Both the position numbers and the translations under genes were made by a program. DNA of 64,000 nucleotides from the NCBI GenBank assembly GCA_002293685.1, contig DBDS01000007.1, forward strand, positions 40,140 through 104,139. The letters are read 5' to 3'. The DNA is from Patescibacteria group bacterium UBA926. GTDB lineage: Bacteria > Patescibacteriota > Doudnabacteria > UBA920. Below, piece after piece: positions 59,248 through 64,000 of this stretch. The stretch's first letter is position 1. The number at the start of each line of letters is the position of its first letter. The notes under the pieces were generated by a model that did no database searches, was not told the DNA's origin, and worked only from the letters and a program-made list of their open reading frames with translations.

Positions 59248-59457
59248 TTACTGACGTTTAAAAATATGCTCAATCGGTTTTCCAAAATGTTCCGCAATTT
59301 GCATTGCTAATAGAAGTGAAGGGGCATAGTTGCCTTTTTCAATTGCAATTACTGTTTGTCTGGATACGCCTAACTCAGACGCCAAGTCTTCCTGAGTTTG
59401 ATTACGTTCCTGTCTTAATTTTTTTATGTTGTTTTGTAGCATAAATTTCATTGTCAT
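59248..59457 (-). CDS. XRE-family helix-turn-helix transcriptional regulator.
   Basis: LRQERNQTQEDLASELGVSRQTVIAIEKG HTH_3 signature. 69 aa. Confidence 0.8.
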   Translation of the reverse strand: MTMKFMLQNNIKKLRQERNQTQEDLASELGVSRQTVIAIEKGNYAPSLLLAMQIAEHFGKPIEHIFKRQ

Positions 59458-59534
59458 CCTGAATCATTTTTGTCATCCTGAGCGAAGCGAAGGATCTCAT
59501 AAGGATTCTTCGTCCCGCCGTGGGCGGAACTCAG
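59452..59534. repeat. Family-A palindromic repeat with a duplicated left terminus.
   Basis: TTGTCATCCTGAATCATTTTTGTCATCCTGAGCGAAGCGAAGGATCTCATAAGGATTCTTCGTCCCGCC...CTCAGAATGACACC. Confidence 0.7.
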
Positions 59535-59554
59535 AATGACACCAGTTTGATAAA

Positions 59555-60607
59555 TTAACCGAAAGTAAATGTGAATACTTGGACTCCGCTGTCTGGGAAT
59601 TCAATTTCCATAGTTCGGTTTTGACCAGTGCTAGATTCGAACAGGGGATATAAATCGGAGTTGGTAATTGTCACGCCTTTTTGCAATTGACCATCAACGT
59701 AAATCTTTAAAGTCACCGGCTTTTCACTTTGAGCCACCATGAAAACCTTTGCTGCGTTAAAGTTAAGCCTAATTCTTCCAAAACCAGAGGTGTGGACTGC
59801 AGCTTCTGGTTCAATTTTCCAGCGGCCTTCAAGTGCGAAACGGTTGCGTTGCAAAGTACGAGGGAAAGCGTAAATCTGTTCTTCGCTAGATGGCTTTTCT
59901 AAACCACCAAAGTTTTTTAATCGAGCCAAGCCCAGATAAATTTCTGGAGTCTGAGACTGATTTTCTTCAGGCATCGGAGGCATTTGAAATTCACCTTCGA
60001 GTCCAAGTAAAGTTCTAATCGCTAATTCGGTTTTTTCGTATTCTCCCTCACCAAAGTGTGTATAAACAATTTCTCCGTTTTTATCGATTAAGTAGTGAGC
60101 AGGCCAAAACTGATTTTCAAAAGCTTGCCACGTGCGGTACTGATTGTCTTGAGCAACAGGGTAGGTAATATTATATCTTTTGATGGCAGTTTCTACATTA
60201 TTAGCAACACGTTCGAAAGCAAACTCTGGTGTGTGAATTCCTATAATCACAAACCCTTGGTCTTTATAAGTTTCATACCACTTTGTCACGTAAGGGAGAG
60301 TCCGAATACAGTTGATACATGAGTAGGTCCAGAAATCTACTAAGACAACTCGACCCTGGAGCTCGGCTAAAGTTAGAGGGTCACTGTTGAACCACTTGTT
60401 AAGTCCAACTAACTCTGGAGCTGGTCCGTAGTTTGAAAAATTTGGTTTAACTGGCTCGTCAGGGTTATCGGTTTGAGTTTGAGTTTCCTGAGTTCCAAAA
60501 GTGAGATTCAAAAATCCACCCTCTGGATTTTGAGATTGTAAAAATAATCCTGCTCCGGTGAGCATGGCAATTAAAATCAAAATGTAAGGAAGGATTTTTT
60601 TGAACAT
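59555..60607 (-). CDS. Secreted thioredoxin-like protein (DipZ C-terminal-type) with an extra C-terminal domain.
   Basis: Signal or transmembrane anchor. CxxC in VLVDFWTYSCINCIRTLP. C-terminal domain of about 150 aa. Confidence 0.65.
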   Translation of the reverse strand: MFKKILPYILILIAMLTGAGLFLQSQNPEGGFLNLTFGTQETQTQTDNPDEPVKPNFSNYGPAPELVGLNKWFNSDPLTLAELQGRVVLVDFWTYSCINCIRTLPYVTKWYETYKDQGFVIIGIHTPEFAFERVANNVETAIKRYNITYPVAQDNQYRTWQAFENQFWPAHYLIDKNGEIVYTHFGEGEYEKTELAIRTLLGLEGEFQMPPMPEENQSQTPEIYLGLARLKNFGGLEKPSSEEQIYAFPRTLQRNRFALEGRWKIEPEAAVHTSGFGRIRLNFNAAKVFMVAQSEKPVTLKIYVDGQLQKGVTITNSDLYPLFESSTGQNRTMEIEFPDSGVQVFTFTFG

Positions 60608-60608
60608 A

Positions 60609-61328
60609 TTAGCGATTTGGGTGTAACAGCTTATTTTCTAAAGAACTGTAATCATAAACGTCTAGAATTTTATTTTGTAGTACCAGGTCATAGCCAAAAA
60701 ATATTGCCATCGCCATCAGTATAATTAGCACTCCAAAGACTTGTTGAATACGGGTTGTGTAAGGGGCAATAGCACGAACTTTTTGAGCAGCAAGCTGTCC
60801 GCCGTAAGCGATTACTAACATTGGGATTCCAGCACCGATCGCGTAGGCGACTAATAGCACCGTAGAGGCTGCTAAATCGGACTGTGTCGCGATTAATGTT
60901 AAGATAGACCCTAATACTGGTCCTGCGCAAGGGGTCCAAATAATGCCGAGCGTAATACCTAAAACGAAACCACCGAAGTTTCCATTTCCAGCCGCTCTGC
61001 TCCAGCCTGTCGCTTTAGTAGAGAAACCACTTAAGTAAGTAGTTAATTTTTCGAATGGAGTCGGCCAAATCATTAACAGACCAAATATGCCAAGTGCCAC
61101 AACCGCCACATGTCTTAAAATATTCGGATCAAGATTGAGCGCTGTTGTAATGTAAGAGAGTGTTAGCCCTAGAATGGCAAATGTGAGTGCGAAGCCACCA
61201 GCGATAAATAGAGGACGAGTTTTTGGTCCACCGATTGAGCTGCCTAATAAAATAGGTAACAGCGGAAGAATGCACGGCGCCCCGACTGTGAGAATCCCTG
61301 CCAGAACGGCAAATAATATTTCTAACAT
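60609..61328 (-). CDS. ccdA: Cytochrome c-type biogenesis / thiol-disulfide electron transporter, CcdA (DsbD family).
   Basis: Six transmembrane helices with conserved Cys in TM1 (GAPCILP) and TM4 (TPCAGPVLGSIL). Confidence 0.8.
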   Translation of the reverse strand: MLEILFAVLAGILTVGAPCILPLLPILLGSSIGGPKTRPLFIAGGFALTFAILGLTLSYITTALNLDPNILRHVAVVALGIFGLLMIWPTPFEKLTTYLSGFSTKATGWSRAAGNGNFGGFVLGITLGIIWTPCAGPVLGSILTLIATQSDLAASTVLLVAYAIGAGIPMLVIAYGGQLAAQKVRAIAPYTTRIQQVFGVLIILMAMAIFFGYDLVLQNKILDVYDYSSLENKLLHPNR

Positions 61329-61329
61329 T

Positions 61330-61878
61330 TTATTTTACAAATTTAATCAAATTATCAATGTCGCCACCAGTCCATTTTGTAATCTGATTTCCTTCAGAAT
61401 CAATTTGTACGAAAGTGTGCTGGTAGGTGACTCCGTATTTTGTGCGGAGTTCAGTGTTCGAATCGTAATCGGTCTTTAACACGGTAACACCGCGTGGAAT
61501 TTGATCTAGGTTTGTTTTAAAAGCCGTGTCGGCAGTGCGACAGAATGGACACCAGGGAGCATGAAAGAACAGCACAACTTTATTTCCTTGCTTTTGTTCA
61601 CTGGAAACTCGGCTGACTGAGTAGTCTTGGTAGCTACCGGACTTTTGCATTGCTTCAGGTTGGCTTTGGTCTCCCTGCATCATGGAGTTGTCGACAGGCT
61701 CCATCATTGCATCGCCACGCATCTCGTTACTTTGATCATTTTCTAATTCCATCATACTTTCGGAATTGTTTTGATCCGACTCAACATCAGATTGTGGGCG
61801 ATTGCTGTACATTAAGTAACCGCCGATAAGGATAACGGCGACTGCTACAGCAATCCAAATAGAATTTGTTTTATTCAT
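61330..61878 (-). CDS. Secreted thioredoxin-like protein.
   Basis: N-terminal transmembrane anchor, acidic linker, WCPFC active site. Confidence 0.65.
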   Translation of the reverse strand: MNKTNSIWIAVAVAVILIGGYLMYSNRPQSDVESDQNNSESMMELENDQSNEMRGDAMMEPVDNSMMQGDQSQPEAMQKSGSYQDYSVSRVSSEQKQGNKVVLFFHAPWCPFCRTADTAFKTNLDQIPRGVTVLKTDYDSNTELRTKYGVTYQHTFVQIDSEGNQITKWTGGDIDNLIKFVK

Positions 61879-61995
61879 AAGGCTTTCGATTAATTAAATT
61901 AAGTATAACTCCTCAGAATATAATGTCAAGTCAACTTTACATTGAATAGCTTCAAGACTTTATGATATTGTAGAGCATAGTAAAGGAGGACACCA

Positions 61996-62589
61996 ATGAT
62001 GCGAAGTGAATATGGAAAGTGGTTTTACGTAATATTATGTGGTGCAAAGCTAGTTAAAGCCAAAGGTACGAAAGGTTTGCACTCAACTCAACAACTGATA
62101 ATCAAGAAGTGGCGTTATCCCTCCTTTTCGGAGGCCTGGGAATCAGCCGAAAGGACTAAGAAGCTAGAACTTACTTCTGGAGACAGTTGGCAGACTGACA
62201 TTCGGATAGAAATTCTACCTGGTGTCCCGGAAACCAACGGTCTTTATGATAAAATCTCGGGTAGGTTCAAGAAAATGTTGATTCCGCATTTTGACAAATA
62301 TTTCACACTTTTCACCCAAAGTGAGGCTTGGGTCTATAGACATGGTGGTTCCGATGCAGATGTGATGATGCGAACAGCTAATTTTTTCCTCAGCTTCACA
62401 GGAGAATCAAATGATCTTTGTGATCTGGATAAATTCCGAATCAGTTGCCCTGAGTGTGAGTACTGGGTGAATGATGAGGATTTACTTTCTATGATGAGGT
62501 ATTCAGTCATCGATTTCTTTATAGAAAAGCTTGGTGAGGAGAAGATTTTGGTCGAAACTTTTCAGGTAGGGGAAGGCGCAGGGTTTTGA
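61996..62589 (+). CDS. Hypothetical protein.
   Basis: 197 aa. SD AAAGGAGG. No motif recognised. Confidence 0.45.
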   Translation: MMRSEYGKWFYVILCGAKLVKAKGTKGLHSTQQLIIKKWRYPSFSEAWESAERTKKLELTSGDSWQTDIRIEILPGVPETNGLYDKISGRFKKMLIPHFDKYFTLFTQSEAWVYRHGGSDADVMMRTANFFLSFTGESNDLCDLDKFRISCPECEYWVNDEDLLSMMRYSVIDFFIEKLGEEKILVETFQVGEGAGF

Positions 62590-62613
62590 GGAAAGCCATG
62601 ATCAGAAATTTTA

Positions 62614-62640
62614 TTAGCACTCGACTTGACAGAGTGCTAA
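62614..62640. promoter_or_regulatory. CIRCE operator (HrcA binding site).
   Basis: TTAGCACTC-GACTTGACA-GAGTGCTAA, a perfect 9-N9-9 inverted repeat, 44 bp upstream of hrcA. Confidence 0.85.
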
Positions 62641-62683
62641 TTTTTTTATACATTAAAAATATATCGTATTAAAGCATTAAACC

Positions 62684-63442
62684 ATGTCTAAAAACGGTGA
62701 AATTACTCCGAGGCAAGCGAAGGTTTTAGCCTGTATTGTAAAACTACATTCCGAAACAGGTAAGCCAATTGCTTCCAAAGAGCTTATAGATAGGGGTTAC
62801 TTTGATGTCAGTGGAGCAACGTTACGTAATGAAATGCAAGCTCTCGAAGAAGCAGGGCTCATTACTCACCCGCACACATCGAGTGGGCGAGTCCCAACCG
62901 ACGAGGGATTTCGATATTTTGTAAATCAGTTAATGGGACACGTAGAACTTTCTTTAAAAGAGCGACAAGCTCTCAAAAAAGAAATCATCAAGCTTCAAGC
63001 GGTAAACGCAGAAATTGGTCGCAGGTTAGCAAAAATGCTGTCCTCACATTCTGCTCAAGCCTCGTTCACTATTTTACCGGAAGAAGTTTCTTCCACAGGA
63101 ATCTCTCACATATTAGAGAACGATCAGTTGCCAGCCGAAGACGCTAAAGAAATCGCCCGCTTCTTTGATAACTTAGATGAATACGCGGACCAGATTATGG
63201 CCGATTACTCGGACAAAGAACCACAAACTTTCATCGGTAAAGAATTAACTTTATCAAAAGGAAGTGACTACTCGATGATTGTCTCCGGTGTGAAATTACC
63301 ATCAGGTAAAAAAGGTGTTATTGGTTTGGTTGGTCCCAAGAGCATGAAGTATCCCAAAAACATTTCGCTGATGGAATATATTTCTAAGTTTCTCGGTAAG
63401 GGAGGCGGAGCCGCAGTACTATTAATTACAATTGTAAGCTGA
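62684..63442 (+). CDS. hrcA: Heat-inducible transcription repressor HrcA (short form).
   Basis: N-terminal wHTH. LRNEMQALEEAGLITHPHTSSGRVPTDEGFRYFV matches the HrcA signature. Confidence 0.75.
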   Translation: MSKNGEITPRQAKVLACIVKLHSETGKPIASKELIDRGYFDVSGATLRNEMQALEEAGLITHPHTSSGRVPTDEGFRYFVNQLMGHVELSLKERQALKKEIIKLQAVNAEIGRRLAKMLSSHSAQASFTILPEEVSSTGISHILENDQLPAEDAKEIARFFDNLDEYADQIMADYSDKEPQTFIGKELTLSKGSDYSMIVSGVKLPSGKKGVIGLVGPKSMKYPKNISLMEYISKFLGKGGGAAVLLITIVS

Positions 63443-63454
63443 CATGCCTAGCAT

Positions 63455-63522
63455 GTCATCCTGAAGGAGCGAAGTGACTGAAGGATCTCAACGAAAGATT
63501 CTTCGCTACGCTCAGAATGACA
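63455..63522. repeat. Family-A palindromic repeat between hrcA and grpE.
   Basis: ATGTCATCCTGAAGGAGCGAAGTGACTGAAGGATCTCAACGAAAGATTCTTCGCTACGCTCAGAATGACAAAG. Confidence 0.7.
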
Positions 63523-63529
63523 AAGTATT

Positions 63530-64000
63530 ATGAATCAAGAAAATAACGAACAAGAAAAAATAGAATTTGAAGATGCCGACATGCAGAGACAGGTCGCCGA
63601 AGCTCAAGAAGAAGCCAAGATGAATTTAGCTGGATGGCAACGAGCTCAAGCAGATTTTGAAAACTACAAGAAGCGAGAGGAAGGCAAGCAAGCCGAACTT
63701 CTGGAATTCGCCAAAGAGGTAACAATTGTAAAATTGTTGCCAACTCTAGATGCTCTTGCGCAAGGCCTAGCCCATGCTCCAGATGGAGTAGATGAAAAAT
63801 GGCTCGTGGGAATCAAGGGCACCCTGGCAAATTTAGATAAAGTTTTGCAAGAAATGGGCGTCAAGAAAATTGAAGCTGTTGGTAAACCGTTCGATCCACA
63901 TTTTCACGAAGCTGTTCGTGAAGTGGAAGGTGAACAAGACGGCTTAATTGTAGAGGAGCTTCAGGTAGGATACGAAATCAATGGTAAGGTGATACGACCA
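63530..64000 (+). CDS. grpE: Nucleotide exchange factor GrpE, 3' partial (it runs off the window end).
   Basis: My own translation from the ATG at 63530 gives MNQENNEQEKIEFEDADMQRQVAEAQEEAKMNLAGWQRAQADFENYKKRE. It is not in the ORF track because there is no stop codon before the window end. Confidence 0.8.
   Translation, partial: MNQENNEQEKIEFEDADMQRQVAEAQEEAKMNLAGWQRAQADFENYKKREEGKQAELLEFAKEVTIVKLLPTLDALAQGLAHAPDGVDEKWLVGIKGTLANLDKVLQEMGVKKIEAVGKPFDPHFHEAVREVEGEQDGLIVEELQVGYEINGKVIRP

Noticed and set aside
1143-63522. Possible CRISPR array formed by the recurring TGTCATCCTGAG-type repeats.
   Set aside because: Copies are tens of kb apart, in both orientations, of variable length, internally palindromic and often inside genes. 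There are no regularly spaced spacers and no cas genes.
63528-63864. Minus-strand ORFs of 66-71 aa at the right end.
   Set aside because: They overlap the clearly identified plus-strand grpE start region and repeat. Spurious.

Overview
This 64 kb window is a gene-dense bacterial chromosome segment with short intergenic regions, the standard genetic code, many small hypothetical membrane or secreted proteins, and Gram-positive-like traits (RNase J, CIRCE-hrcA-grpE, BdbC/BdbD-type Dsb). That pattern suggests a small-genome or CPR/Patescibacteria-like organism, but the lineage is not certain. Recognisable housekeeping genes are valS, tsaD, trxB (two paralogs), gdhA, efp, the rpsF-ssb-rpsR operon, ychF, trpS, rnj, secG, uvrC, uvrA, hrcA and grpE (3' truncated by the window end), plus a tRNA-Glu(UUC).

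Three things stand out:

1. Two dispersed families of short palindromic repeats sit both between genes and in-frame inside conserved genes. Family A (termini TGTCATYCTGAG...CTCAGRATGACA, 60-110 bp) has at least 9 copies, two of them inside valS. Family B is a GC-rich double hairpin of about 45 bp, with copies inside gdhA and uvrC. This resembles the Rickettsia RPE phenomenon.

2. A roughly 600 bp cassette carries a DUF559 (Vsr-like) endonuclease gene bounded by inverted family-B repeats. The cassette is flanked by a 38 bp direct duplication of the trpS terminator, which looks like the footprint of a recent insertion and points to a candidate mobilising nuclease.

3. A roughly 21 kb candidate integrative island runs from 10943 to 31885. 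It is bounded by the tRNA-Glu and a 19 bp direct repeat of the tRNA 3' end. It carries:
   - an RloC-like ABC ATPase with a coiled-coil CxxC zinc hook (candidate anticodon-nuclease defence protein);
   - a capsid-less phage packaging module (ParB-fused N6/N4 DNA methyltransferase, a second methyltransferase, TerS-like and TerL);
   - two paralogous zinc-ribbon membrane proteins and a large serine recombinase;
   - cargo genes: DsbB/DsbA, HU, a P1B-type ATPase, UppP and M23/LysM peptidoglycan hydrolases.

Regulatory sites seen directly in the sequence are a perfect CIRCE operator upstream of hrcA, a CsoR-type G/C-tract palindrome upstream of csoR, and several rho-independent terminators.
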